From a virus (lineage: Duplodnaviria > Caudoviricetes): a DNA stretch of 64,000 bases. This document shows positions 38,108 through 47,271 of the stretch, one piece after another; the first letter of the stretch is position 1, and the number at the start of each line of letters is the position of its first letter. A program made the position numbers and the translations under genes. The notes under the pieces were generated by a model that did not search any database, was not told the origin of the DNA, and saw nothing but the letters and a program-made list of their open reading frames with translations. Location of the stretch: positions 160,001 to 224,000 of IMG/VR virus record IMGVR_UViG_3300037312_000330; one strand, 5' to 3'.

Positions 38108-38785
38108 ATGGCAATCCTTTTCCGCACTACGTTCCTCCCGATTATTCGCTCTCTGACTAAGGAAGTTCTGGGCGGATATAACCTCGGAGGCTTCAAGGGA
38201 TTCGTTGGAACAGAAACCACTTGGACGCTGCCTTCCGGCAAGACCATCAATATCCAAAAGTGGACAACCACTTCTCCAAACACTTCTGGACGTCTTGCAC
38301 CGTGGGTAATGGCATCGGTAATCGATGAACCGACGTACAAGAATCAGTTCTACATGGGATATGCAGAGTGGCAGCCCGTGAGTGGAGTAATGGACAATAC
38401 GCAGTGGAACTCTTCTGCCGGTTCTCCAAACGTTCAGCAGTACACTCAAGGTACTCTGCTTTCCACGTTCTCTGCTCAGGCGACGCTGTCGCGTTCTCCA
38501 GTAAACAACGTAGCTCCGGTTCTCAGCGGTAGTACGACATCCGCATCCGGTCAAGCCACGTGCAACACTGGAACGTGGGTCGGCGGAACGATCGTCTACT
38601 CATATCAGTGGTATCTCGAATCTGGGGTTGGGACAGGTGTGTTCAATGCCGTGAACGGAGCCACCGCCTCTACATGGACGATCACTGCCAGCAACACTGG
38701 AAAGAAGATGTATTGTGCTGTCAAGGCTACGGACAGTTCTGGCAGCACCGTTGCGAACAGCAACCAAGTAGCGATCACAGGTTAA
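38108..38785 (+). CDS. virion decoration-like protein with C-terminal Ig-like domain
   Basis: VAPVLSG...TCNTGTW..YSYQWY...GATASTWT...YCAVKATD. Confidence 0.7.
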   Translation: MAILFRTTFLPIIRSLTKEVLGGYNLGGFKGFVGTETTWTLPSGKTINIQKWTTTSPNTSGRLAPWVMASVIDEPTYKNQFYMGYAEWQPVSGVMDNTQWNSSAGSPNVQQYTQGTLLSTFSAQATLSRSPVNNVAPVLSGSTTSASGQATCNTGTWVGGTIVYSYQWYLESGVGTGVFNAVNGATASTWTITASNTGKKMYCAVKATDSSGSTVANSNQVAITG

Positions 38786-38794
38786 TCTGGATAG

Positions 38795-38818
38795 TGTAAA
38801 GTAAGAACGTTAACAACT
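38795..38818 (+). promoter_or_regulatory. TGTAAAG...TTAACAAC near-match of the TGTAAAT element
   Basis: Intergenic, upstream of dUTPase. Confidence 0.4.
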
Positions 38819-38828
38819 GAGGTAAAAC

Positions 38829-39560
38829 ATGGAAGAAAGTAAAGGAGTTCGCACACCGAACTATTGCATCGAGGAGATGCTGAAGATCCAGAACGAGCTC
38901 AACATCAAGTCCTACAATGTGGCGTGGCTCGAGAAGGGCGGAACTGAAGAATTCGACTATTCGATGGCGGCAGGTGATGAAGCGCACGAGTATGCACGGA
39001 GTCTGCCGTTCGAGTGGTGGAAGAAGAACGCCCCGGATCGTCAGAACCAAGTTACTGAGATCGTTGATGCGTGGCATTTCGTCATGAGTCAATTGATCAT
39101 CGATAACATGGGGAACATTGGACGTGCGTATGCCACAGCACGTGACTCCTACCTGAGTTGGCGTGGCGTAATCACAGAACCTCTGACAGAGAAGAAAGCG
39201 ACGAAGCTGTTCGTGGCTGCCATCTATCTACGCGGTTCGCAATTCGCGTCTCCGTGCGACTACATGTCTGCTTTCTGGTCGTGGTGTGATGCAGCGAACG
39301 TGGATCTCGATCTGCTGTATGCTCGCTATATTGCCAAGGCCACACTGAACAAGTTCCGTGTGGAAAACGGCTACAAGGAAGGCAAGTACACCAAATCTTG
39401 GTGTATCGGCGACGAACGCGGCGAAGACAACTACTTCCTGTCGAAGTGGGTGGATCATCGTATCAGTATCGGACACACGCCTACTGCTGATGATGTTTCC
39501 TTGTGGCTTCCTGAGATGTACGCTCAAGTACTTCGTGCAACTGCTCCGGCGACTTCCTAA
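38829..39560 (+). CDS. dut: dimeric all-alpha dUTPase
   Basis: EIVDAWHF, KATLNKFRVENGYKEGKY, EDN motifs. Confidence 0.85.
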   Translation: MEESKGVRTPNYCIEEMLKIQNELNIKSYNVAWLEKGGTEEFDYSMAAGDEAHEYARSLPFEWWKKNAPDRQNQVTEIVDAWHFVMSQLIIDNMGNIGRAYATARDSYLSWRGVITEPLTEKKATKLFVAAIYLRGSQFASPCDYMSAFWSWCDAANVDLDLLYARYIAKATLNKFRVENGYKEGKYTKSWCIGDERGEDNYFLSKWVDHRISIGHTPTADDVSLWLPEMYAQVLRATAPATS

Positions 39561-39572
39561 CAAAACCAAATC

Positions 39573-39600
39573 AAAAGGGCCCCTAGGGGCCCTTTCTTTT
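39573..39600. terminator. bidirectional terminator at the strand switch
   Basis: AAAGGGCCCC-ta-GGGGCCCTTT flanked by A and T tracts, between convergent genes. Confidence 0.85.
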
Positions 39601-39610
39601 ACTTATCCAC

Positions 39611-40300
39611 TTAGTAAACTTCTGCTCTTGTTATCTCAATAGTCGCTGTGCCGCCAACTACGTACACGCCGTGACCAAGTCCAGTTCCACCACCGAACAC
39701 CAGACCGTCACGTCCAGTGTTATCGATCGCACCCTGGAATCCAGTAGGATTAGTCGCTTTAGATGAAGTCAGGATCGCAGTCCAGTTCTGGTCGAATCTG
39801 ACGTTGAACGAGAATGGTCCGGCTGCGATTGGGGTCATCGTCGCAAACGAGGCATACCAACGATACGCCTCGTATTCACCTTGTGCAGTCCAGTTATCAC
39901 CCTTCCGTTGGAAGTATGGTGTCATCATCGATGGGCCATTCGGTTCAGTAGTTGGCACTAGCTTGGCACCCGGAGAAAGTTTGATGTTTCCTTCGTAGAT
40001 GACACCGGTCTTTCCTGTGAGTGCCGATGAGGACTTCGTCAGATAGTGGAGACCATCTTGTGTTGGAACGTCAAATTCGAACCCGTTAGCAGTCTTGCGT
40101 ATCGTTCCCATGTTGGGGGATTCGGTCAGACCGTTTATGACTGGACCGAATTGCCAGTTTGCCGGATCCAATGGGTCGACGCTTACACCACCATCGGACA
40201 GACTATTACCACTTGAACCACTCTTGTTAGTGACAAGATAGACGACTATCCCTACCAGAGCTATGATGGCGACTATGTAGGTTGGATTTATGTTTGTCAT
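39611..40300 (-). CDS. membrane-anchored beta-rich protein
   Basis: N-terminal TM segment, Ser/Gly linker, beta-sandwich-like domain. Confidence 0.65.
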   Translation of the reverse strand: MTNINPTYIVAIIALVGIVVYLVTNKSGSSGNSLSDGGVSVDPLDPANWQFGPVINGLTESPNMGTIRKTANGFEFDVPTQDGLHYLTKSSSALTGKTGVIYEGNIKLSPGAKLVPTTEPNGPSMMTPYFQRKGDNWTAQGEYEAYRWYASFATMTPIAAGPFSFNVRFDQNWTAILTSSKATNPTGFQGAIDNTGRDGLVFGGGTGLGHGVYVVGGTATIEITRAEVY

Positions 40301-42000
40301 TCATCACCCTTCTTAGCTATCTTTTCAAGGTTCTTAGGCATACGCAGGTCCAATGCCTTATAGAATTGGATCATCACGTTTGGATCTATGTAGTTGCCCA
40401 TCGCCGTCGCTCCGGTAACCTTCTGCTGTTTGCCAACTCCACGAACGTGTCCAAGCAGCGCACCCACTTGCGTGCAGATCTCCTTGAACAGCTTGTCACC
40501 TTGAGCTTGCGTCATCGACCCGGGAGTCATCTCCTTCTTGTGTTGCGCAACTAGGTCCATGAATAGTTGCGTTCCCTTGACGTGACGTACCTTGTGCGGA
40601 GTAGACTTAGCAGGAGCACCCAGCTTTCGGAAGATACCGCGAAGCTCGCCACCAGAAATAGCATGGAGACGACCACGATCATCTTCATATTGGAACACCT
40701 TGTCATTCGGCTGCTTGTTCTTGCAGAACATGATTATGTTCGATGCCATGAACTTAGCTTCCTGACTTGCTCCACCGTTGATTACGTGTATCTGCCTTAC
40801 TGCATCTTTTCCAGGATACTGTAGCGTCACGGTGTTGCCATCGATCTTTACGTGGCGACGTTCAAGTGTCGCAATGCCGTATGTAGAAACACGTCCACGT
40901 GTCGTTTGAGTGGCGTTACCTTTAGTCCCAAGACGGGCGCCAAACGCCCACACAGTCTGTAGAACAGTCGCAGCAACACAAGCACGGCTGAAGTCATGGC
41001 GGCGCAGAAGCGGCAACCACGTCTTCTGGATCATATTGATCTTCTTCATGAGTGCCTGCACTGCAGCGAACTTCACCTCGTTAGCGCCCTTGCGATACGA
41101 CTTGGTGTAAACGTGCTGGCTTACCTTATCGTCCGACACCCTTACCGTGTTATAGACGAATTCGTTGTCTTCCTTCGGATCATAATCTGGATTCATCCGA
41201 ATCACGAAGCCACTGTCTTTTGTCGGTATGCTGCCGAGGATTGCCTTACCAGCCTTCGTGTAGATCTTCCCGTTAGCATCCATCAAACCGTCGAATCCTG
41301 GAGTCAACGGATTGTCTATCTTCTTGCTGTTCAGGTAGTTGTAGATGTCCTTATACGGAACTGCCTTCTTGCCCGATTTGTTGACAAACGCAACCAACTC
41401 ATCACGCCAAACAGCATTGTATGCAGTACGGAGGCGTTTGTACTCGCGAAATACGTCGCGATTCTTTGCCTTCAGTTTCTGCATCTCCTCCTTCGTCAAC
41501 TGTGTGCCTTTGCGTTTGCCCACAGCTTGCACGATCTTCTCTAGAGGCTTGATGAAGTCTTTTTGTGACTTCGGTTCCGGAGTAAGCACCTTGATGAATG
41601 CTTTGTCGCCTGTCTCGTTTACCAAAGTCCGCAGTTTGCGGATTGCTGGTTCGCCGTTGTTAATCAGATACGCAGTTGTGCACTTGAGAAAGTCAATTGT
41701 CGTGTGTGAAAATTTGGTGTCTGTCTTGATTTCTTCTCTGACACCGGCACGCAGCTCTTTCATGCGTGCCTTCAACTCGTCGTGATCGACTTCTTCCCCC
41801 TTTACGATACGTATAAGTGTACTCACGACGTCTACAGACATCATGGACTCAGCGCGTTTCGCACCACTGGCGACGCTGGTGGCTAGCGTCTTAAGTTCTT
41901 TGTTCGTTTCGCCGTTGCTAACCACAGCGCAGGCTGCTGTCAAAAGCTTGATCAGCGACTCCACCTGAATGGCTGGGATGGAGGCTAAAACGAATTCCAT
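40297..42000 (-). CDS. type IB DNA topoisomerase with long N-terminal extension
   Basis: KFAAV; GARLG (R); YGIATLERRHV; YPGK (K); HKVRH (R,H); LGH; NYIDP (catalytic Y). Confidence 0.88.
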   Translation of the reverse strand: MEFVLASIPAIQVESLIKLLTAACAVVSNGETNKELKTLATSVASGAKRAESMMSVDVVSTLIRIVKGEEVDHDELKARMKELRAGVREEIKTDTKFSHTTIDFLKCTTAYLINNGEPAIRKLRTLVNETGDKAFIKVLTPEPKSQKDFIKPLEKIVQAVGKRKGTQLTKEEMQKLKAKNRDVFREYKRLRTAYNAVWRDELVAFVNKSGKKAVPYKDIYNYLNSKKIDNPLTPGFDGLMDANGKIYTKAGKAILGSIPTKDSGFVIRMNPDYDPKEDNEFVYNTVRVSDDKVSQHVYTKSYRKGANEVKFAAVQALMKKINMIQKTWLPLLRRHDFSRACVAATVLQTVWAFGARLGTKGNATQTTRGRVSTYGIATLERRHVKIDGNTVTLQYPGKDAVRQIHVINGGASQEAKFMASNIIMFCKNKQPNDKVFQYEDDRGRLHAISGGELRGIFRKLGAPAKSTPHKVRHVKGTQLFMDLVAQHKKEMTPGSMTQAQGDKLFKEICTQVGALLGHVRGVGKQQKVTGATAMGNYIDPNVMIQFYKALDLRMPKNLEKIAKKGDE

Positions 42001-42025
42001 GGATTCCTCTTGTTATGGTGATATG

Positions 42026-42493
42026 TCACTGCAAAGGCGCAACTTCGTAGTTGTAGCCTGGATCTTTGTGCTGGAAGTGTGAGATCATCACACGGAACTT
42101 GTATTCCGGTATCTGACTGTCCTTGCACCATTGGATTACAGCAAACGTCAACGCTTGATCTGGACTGCGTGCCAGATGAGTTGTCGATCTGTGTTCTGTT
42201 CCCATCCAGAGTTTAACTGTATAACGACGCTGCGGGCGTTGCGCTACAGGTCGCAGAAACACTGTGAACTTGCGTCGGCCATCCGTAGTGGTCCCGTTGT
42301 AAGCAATGTTGTGCATCTGCATGAAGTTCTTGTCGATGTAGTAAGCAGCTCCGCCTATGCGGACGATTAGTGCTTTACCAGACTGCTGGAATGTCGTTGG
42401 CACCCAAATTGTCTGTCCGTCTTTAGTTACAGGGAAGTCTACTAAATCGTTTGGACGAGGTTCGAATCGTCCTGGTTTTGAAGGCTGCGCCAC
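42026..42493 (-). CDS. hypothetical protein
   Basis: GTG start after GAGGAGG. Confidence 0.6.
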   Translation of the reverse strand: MAQPSKPGRFEPRPNDLVDFPVTKDGQTIWVPTTFQQSGKALIVRIGGAAYYIDKNFMQMHNIAYNGTTTDGRRKFTVFLRPVAQRPQRRYTVKLWMGTEHRSTTHLARSPDQALTFAVIQWCKDSQIPEYKFRVMISHFQHKDPGYNYEVAPLQ

Positions 42494-42532
42494 TTTCCCT
42501 CCTCTGGCATACGCCTATCCCCATTCGTTCAC

Positions 42533-42778
42533 CTAAGTGCGATCGTTTCCGTCGCACTCGTCTTTATCTATGTCAAAGTGGAAGTGACCAGCCCCGTCGG
42601 CCAGCACATCAATGTCCTTGATGTGCCCCATATAGCAGTGTATGCGGATCTCAGCATTGGAATCTGCATTCATCACTTCCGTCTTGTTATACTTCTGCTG
42701 GACTGTGCATCCCTGCATCATGATTACAATGATAGCTGCCACTACAGCAAAAACTACCACGGCTACAAAGAACTTCAT
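42533..42778 (-). CDS. small secreted, membrane-anchored or lipoprotein
   Basis: Hydrophobic N-terminus ending MQG-C. Confidence 0.55.
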   Translation of the reverse strand: MKFFVAVVVFAVVAAIIVIMMQGCTVQQKYNKTEVMNADSNAEIRIHCYMGHIKDIDVLADGAGHFHFDIDKDECDGNDRT

Positions 42779-42789
42779 GTCTGGACTGC

Positions 42790-43620
42790 CTAGAGGTTCT
42801 GGTTTAGTTCATCTGCTTTTGCTTGCGCCGCACGATAGAGTGGGGTGCGGATCTTTAGTGGTCCTGGTATAACTAGATACCGTGTCTGGAATGTGCAACG
42901 CACATCTAGGTTGACTTTGCCGTCCTTCTTCACTTCCCACCCACTTGCATACATTCCTGGAATTCCCGGTTCAACGATAACCGGCATATCCTTCGCTTTA
43001 TCTGGATTCAGATATCGGAATACCGTGTACTTTTCTATCTTGAGTGTAGTCGGTGATTCTACTTGCTTGTCAACCAAACGTTGATTGTTTTGCAGACGCT
43101 GTCTGACTTCTTCTTCACGCTCTATCTGCTTCTTGGTCTTGAGACGTGGTCCTGTGTATTTGGCATCTGTAGTCATTCCCACGGACTGCATCACGTGCTG
43201 CCACACTGGACCATGTGCGTCCTTTTCAGGACTATGCAGTATCTCGCTCACGTATTGGTGCGCCATCTCGTGGACTAGGGTGCCCAGCAGGTCTTTCTCG
43301 CCAGTCATGCCACCGAGATCGAACATCTGTTTGCCAAACTCCATCAGGTGACTGTATGGGCGCCACAATCCTAAGATCCGCTTCTTCCTGTTGATCTTGA
43401 ATGGCGGACATTTCATTACTCCGCCATACAGATGCTTATTGAAGAATTCCCAGCGTTCCTTCAGATACTCGGTAACGTAGAAGTCATCGTTGCTTATCCC
43501 ACCAATACTGCATACAGAGTAGCTGTACTTGAACGCTGGATTGCGGATTTTTACCGCACCATGCGGCAGAACTTCAACCAACTCTGAAGTAGAGAGGTTC
43601 GCAATGTTTAGAATGGGCAT
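42790..43620 (-). CDS. SprT-like zinc metalloprotease
   Basis: FFNKHLYGG; TLVHEMAHQ (HExxH); AHGPVWQ. Confidence 0.85.
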   Translation of the reverse strand: MPILNIANLSTSELVEVLPHGAVKIRNPAFKYSYSVCSIGGISNDDFYVTEYLKERWEFFNKHLYGGVMKCPPFKINRKKRILGLWRPYSHLMEFGKQMFDLGGMTGEKDLLGTLVHEMAHQYVSEILHSPEKDAHGPVWQHVMQSVGMTTDAKYTGPRLKTKKQIEREEEVRQRLQNNQRLVDKQVESPTTLKIEKYTVFRYLNPDKAKDMPVIVEPGIPGMYASGWEVKKDGKVNLDVRCTFQTRYLVIPGPLKIRTPLYRAAQAKADELNQNL

Positions 43621-43629
43621 CTGTTGTCC

Positions 43630-44331
43630 TTAAGACGGGATCACTGATGTTCCACCCGAAATAAGATCCCAAGAGCTAGTCGGAGTAGTTCCCGAAGCAC
43701 GCAGCAGGCGTTTGTTCGTCAGATCCCATACCTTCTTGCCCTTGAACTTATTGACTGTGTTGAGCACAGACGCTGCACTTGCGATGTTTGCAGCGGTGTC
43801 TTCTACCTCTGTAACCAGCACTGCAGTCGCAGCCGCATAGCTTGCGATCAATGTAGATACAGTGTTCGTGTCTACGAATCGATATTCATAAGCGGCGACA
43901 GTAGATCCGTCGCCTTGCACCATGAATGTCGTTCCGGAAGCGGCTCCAGCAGAGACCAAAGCTGCACGCCCCAGGCTCTCGGTCAAATACATCGGAGCCA
44001 GCAAATACATCGCCGTCTGGATAGCAGCGGTTGCTGCCGCTATCTCATGATCGTAAGCGTTGGATTCGCTTATTGCTGCATTTTCCTCGCTTGTTGCGGC
44101 ATTCTGTTCAGACTGTGCAGCATTCTTCTCACTCAATGATGCAGCTTGTTGAGAGGCAGCCGCATCAGAAGCATTCTTCAGGGAGGCAGCCGCCGAATCC
44201 GTCCCTGTCTTCAACAGATCAGCAACCTCTTCTTGCGGCAAATCCTGTCCGTTGAACGGAAGTGTCGGTGTGCGGGGTCGTTGATATTGTTGCAGTAGGA
44301 CCATCCCTACTGGAATCGGAGGATTCGACAT
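43630..44331 (-). CDS. tail-fibre-associated protein
   Basis: Ala/Ser-rich AAxSExNA repeats; C-terminal NTVNKFKGKKVWDLTNKRLLRASG; start placed at MSNPP. Confidence 0.55.
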   Translation of the reverse strand: MSNPPIPVGMVLLQQYQRPRTPTLPFNGQDLPQEEVADLLKTGTDSAAASLKNASDAAASQQAASLSEKNAAQSEQNAATSEENAAISESNAYDHEIAAATAAIQTAMYLLAPMYLTESLGRAALVSAGAASGTTFMVQGDGSTVAAYEYRFVDTNTVSTLIASYAAATAVLVTEVEDTAANIASAASVLNTVNKFKGKKVWDLTNKRLLRASGTTPTSSWDLISGGTSVIPS

Positions 44332-44339
44332 TTCTACAC

Positions 44340-46214
44340 CTAGAGTTTGTACTTGCGGGAAAACTGCTCCCACGTCATAGTCGGAATTCCTTGTTGTTTA
44401 GCGATGTCGATTTTGCCACTGGATTTTCCACCCGGTCTAAACAGGAGAACAGTAGTGCGTTTCGGACTCCAGGACACAACAGAACCGCCGTTCTTGATAA
44501 CTGCCTGTTCTTGGTCCTTATCTCGATATCCAGTCCAACTGACGTTTATGCCCATCATCTTCTTGCTTGAAAGCTTGACCGACTTGGGCTTCACCACCTT
44601 GAGACCTGTGATGCGCAGCCATTTGACGAATTTTGGCAACCCTTGCGCAATCTTCTCAGCATTCGTGCGTTGGAATCCTGGAAGACCCATTACCTCGCGA
44701 ACGATTACCTTGGGAGATTGCTTCGCCAACTGCATCAAATTAAGCTGCTCGCTCAACGCAGTCAATTGCGTCTCCCCTACTCCACGTGGGAACATAGAGC
44801 TCGCGTTCATCAATTGAGGTAACGTAAATCCTGCGTCTGTCTTCTCATGGATAGCCCGGTATAGCTTGTCCGCGCTGGTTTTCTTGAATCCAGGCACAGA
44901 CTCGAAATCCTTGGCCGAAGCGCGCAAGATTTTCGTTACGCTGTCCAGTCCAATGTCCATCAGACGTTGGATAGTTTTCCCACGTAGGAAATCTACATCG
45001 AGTTTGAGGAACGTGCGAGCGATTCGCTGAACACGGAACTCGGCACTGGCCTTGGGATCATCCAGAACAATGTTCACACCGTTCTTGTCCCAATGGTAAT
45101 TGCCAATGACATCCGGATCTGGCAACTTGGCCTTCACCTTCTTGTCGACACCGATGATGTCTGGAATAATGTCGCCACTGCGCACCAGACGGACCACTGC
45201 ACCTGGACCGATGCCCATCGACATCATCAGCTTGGCATTCTTTGCGGCCGCAAATCTGATTGTAGCTCCTGACAACTTGGTAGGCTCGATTTCCACACGC
45301 GGGATTAGATATCCATGTGGACTAACCTTCCAATGCATCTTTACTACGCGAGCAGTCGGGGCATCTTCGATTTCTACAGTCTCTTTAAACGCTACTCCCC
45401 AGTCTGGATTGCCAGACTTCGGCAACACAAGCTTCTTGTTCTGCACCAGCACCAGACCGTCACACTCGAACTGGCTGTTAGTCTTTCGTTTCTGTAGCAA
45501 CTGAGCTAGACGGTTGAACGTCAGTTCCGCGCTCTTTACCACTCGATATGAAACTACGCGAAACCCTGATCGCTCCAGGAACTTGAGGCCTGCCGAGAAC
45601 TTCGGTGGATTCGGGTCCAGTAGCTGAAGCGCCACCACCTGTAGATCTTTTAGGGAGTGGTGTACGTCTGTTCGATTCAGAATGCCCGACGCAGCATTAC
45701 GAGCAGCATCGAAGTCTTTGGTGTATTTCTGGAACGCAGCTTTCGTGAAGATGCCCTCACAACGAACGATCACGCGTTTCTTGGTGCTCAGCTTCTTCGG
45801 GATGCCACGCAGATGTGGAATCAGATAGCTAACATCCCCACCAATCTTCCCGTTGCCTCTTGTGTAGAGCTTTATCGGCACTCCTTCGTACACGAGTTCC
45901 AGAGCTGCCCCATCTAGCTTGTCCATGATGACCACTTCATCAGGACTATGCTCCAACCAATTCGCCACCTGTTCTGGCTTCTTGATTTTGTCTAGAGAGA
46001 AAATGGGAACCGGCAACTGCGCCTTGGTCTTCTTGTTCTTTACCGGAGCACCCGCTTTGAAGCCGCTCCAATTCGGAACCTGTTCTTTCAGATAGTCTTC
46101 AAGCCTATCGAAGTCCGCGTCCGACATGATTGGCTTGTCGTTGTAATACGCGTCCTTAGCACGCCGGTAAAGAATTTTTAGCTGTGCTACAGGGAGCTTG
46201 AGGTTAGGCTTCAT
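44340..46214 (-). CDS. ligA: NAD+-dependent DNA ligase with C-terminal BRCT
   Basis: YY..KPIMSDADFD, KLDG, RGNG, ARNAASG, DGLV, RSGDIIP; BRCT GGSVVSWS. Confidence 0.95.
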   Translation of the reverse strand: MKPNLKLPVAQLKILYRRAKDAYYNDKPIMSDADFDRLEDYLKEQVPNWSGFKAGAPVKNKKTKAQLPVPIFSLDKIKKPEQVANWLEHSPDEVVIMDKLDGAALELVYEGVPIKLYTRGNGKIGGDVSYLIPHLRGIPKKLSTKKRVIVRCEGIFTKAAFQKYTKDFDAARNAASGILNRTDVHHSLKDLQVVALQLLDPNPPKFSAGLKFLERSGFRVVSYRVVKSAELTFNRLAQLLQKRKTNSQFECDGLVLVQNKKLVLPKSGNPDWGVAFKETVEIEDAPTARVVKMHWKVSPHGYLIPRVEIEPTKLSGATIRFAAAKNAKLMMSMGIGPGAVVRLVRSGDIIPDIIGVDKKVKAKLPDPDVIGNYHWDKNGVNIVLDDPKASAEFRVQRIARTFLKLDVDFLRGKTIQRLMDIGLDSVTKILRASAKDFESVPGFKKTSADKLYRAIHEKTDAGFTLPQLMNASSMFPRGVGETQLTALSEQLNLMQLAKQSPKVIVREVMGLPGFQRTNAEKIAQGLPKFVKWLRITGLKVVKPKSVKLSSKKMMGINVSWTGYRDKDQEQAVIKNGGSVVSWSPKRTTVLLFRPGGKSSGKIDIAKQQGIPTMTWEQFSRKYKL

Positions 46215-46744
46215 GTCTGTGCTGCCAGTCTAGTCATATCCAACAGTCGGATGGTGTCTGGCACCTGTGGATCCCACTCAAATGGTTGTGCGTTCCCCAC
46301 GTGACGACCCTGATGGCTTTCGATCTTCTCACGAGGAACCTTAAGCGTATCGAACAAAACCTGCATCGTATGATAGTGCGATACGATCAACACGTTGCCA
46401 CTAGTCCAAGTGTGCAGAAGATTGTTCATTCCGTCACGTACACGCGCTTGCTCTAGCTCGCTCTCTGGATTAGCCAACTCATTGAAGGCAGGCAGGTTGA
46501 TCCAGTGCCTCTGCCAACCAACTTCATACAGGAGGCAAGCCATCGTGTGACGCGCTCTCGTGAGATTGGAAGAATAGAGATGTTCGAACTCAATTCCAGC
46601 GCGCATGAAGTAATGGCCGCACACGGCGGCCTGTCTTACTCCATACGGTGAAAGGAAGTTGCACTCGTCAGAACGATAGGCAGGTTTCCACACATTGCCC
46701 ATGGACTCGCCATGACGCACCATATAGAGCTTGCCTCTGGTCAT
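46211..46744 (-). CDS. histidine phosphatase (phosphoglycerate mutase-like)
   Basis: VRHGES, SSNLTRARHT, VSH. Confidence 0.88.
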   Translation of the reverse strand: MTRGKLYMVRHGESMGNVWKPAYRSDECNFLSPYGVRQAAVCGHYFMRAGIEFEHLYSSNLTRARHTMACLLYEVGWQRHWINLPAFNELANPESELEQARVRDGMNNLLHTWTSGNVLIVSHYHTMQVLFDTLKVPREKIESHQGRHVGNAQPFEWDPQVPDTIRLLDMTRLAAQT

Positions 46745-46986
46745 CGGAAGTTGTCCACGAAGTTGCGTGTCTCGGACAGAATGTCCTTCGATTTCTCGAT
46801 TGTGATGGTGATGTGGATGAACGGCACCGGAATCGGGAGAGTCACGTACAGCACACCCTTTTCTATATCAGAGTTCACCTTCATAGAACTGTAGTCAGGC
46901 CTGAACGTGTGGATCTGACTTACTGGTGCCTTCAGTGGTTCCACAGGACAGTCTTCGAATGGAATGACGTCAGGTGATGGTATCAT
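46741..46986 (-). CDS. hypothetical protein
   Basis: 81 aa; ATGA overlaps on both sides. Confidence 0.5.
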   Translation of the reverse strand: MIPSPDVIPFEDCPVEPLKAPVSQIHTFRPDYSSMKVNSDIEKGVLYVTLPIPVPFIHITITIEKSKDILSETRNFVDNFR

Positions 46987-47252
46987 CCTGGATACCCTCC
47001 GTGAGCGGGGCGATACGTAATGGCGGTCTGACGTTTGCGCATTTCTTCAGCTTGATACGCAGCCATCTCCTTTGCTATAAGCTGGAAAGTCTTTTTCCAG
47101 CCTCCTATGCAGCACGGCATAACATGCATCATGCGCGGCATGCCGCATCTAAACGATCGGTGACAAGCACAATGGCACGGTTCCCAATCTCCAGGTTCGC
47201 CGTTTGGACGCCAGCGAAAAGATTCGAACTCTTCGTCGTAATGTTCCAACAT
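46983..47252 (-). CDS. hypothetical Cys-containing protein
   Basis: RBS AAGGAG; PCHCACH. Confidence 0.55.
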   Translation of the reverse strand: MLEHYDEEFESFRWRPNGEPGDWEPCHCACHRSFRCGMPRMMHVMPCCIGGWKKTFQLIAKEMAAYQAEEMRKRQTAITYRPAHGGYPG

Positions 47253-47271
47253 TTCAGGTTCTCCTTTGTGG

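Noticed and set aside
40297-42000. Tyrosine integrase or prophage signature
   Set aside because: Motif spacing and the KFAAV, YPGK and YIDP context fit TopIB; no att sites or repressor seen.
46741-46986. Small heat-shock protein
   Set aside because: Only IEKGVLYVTLP resembles the HSP20 motif; too short and lacks the rest of the alpha-crystallin domain.
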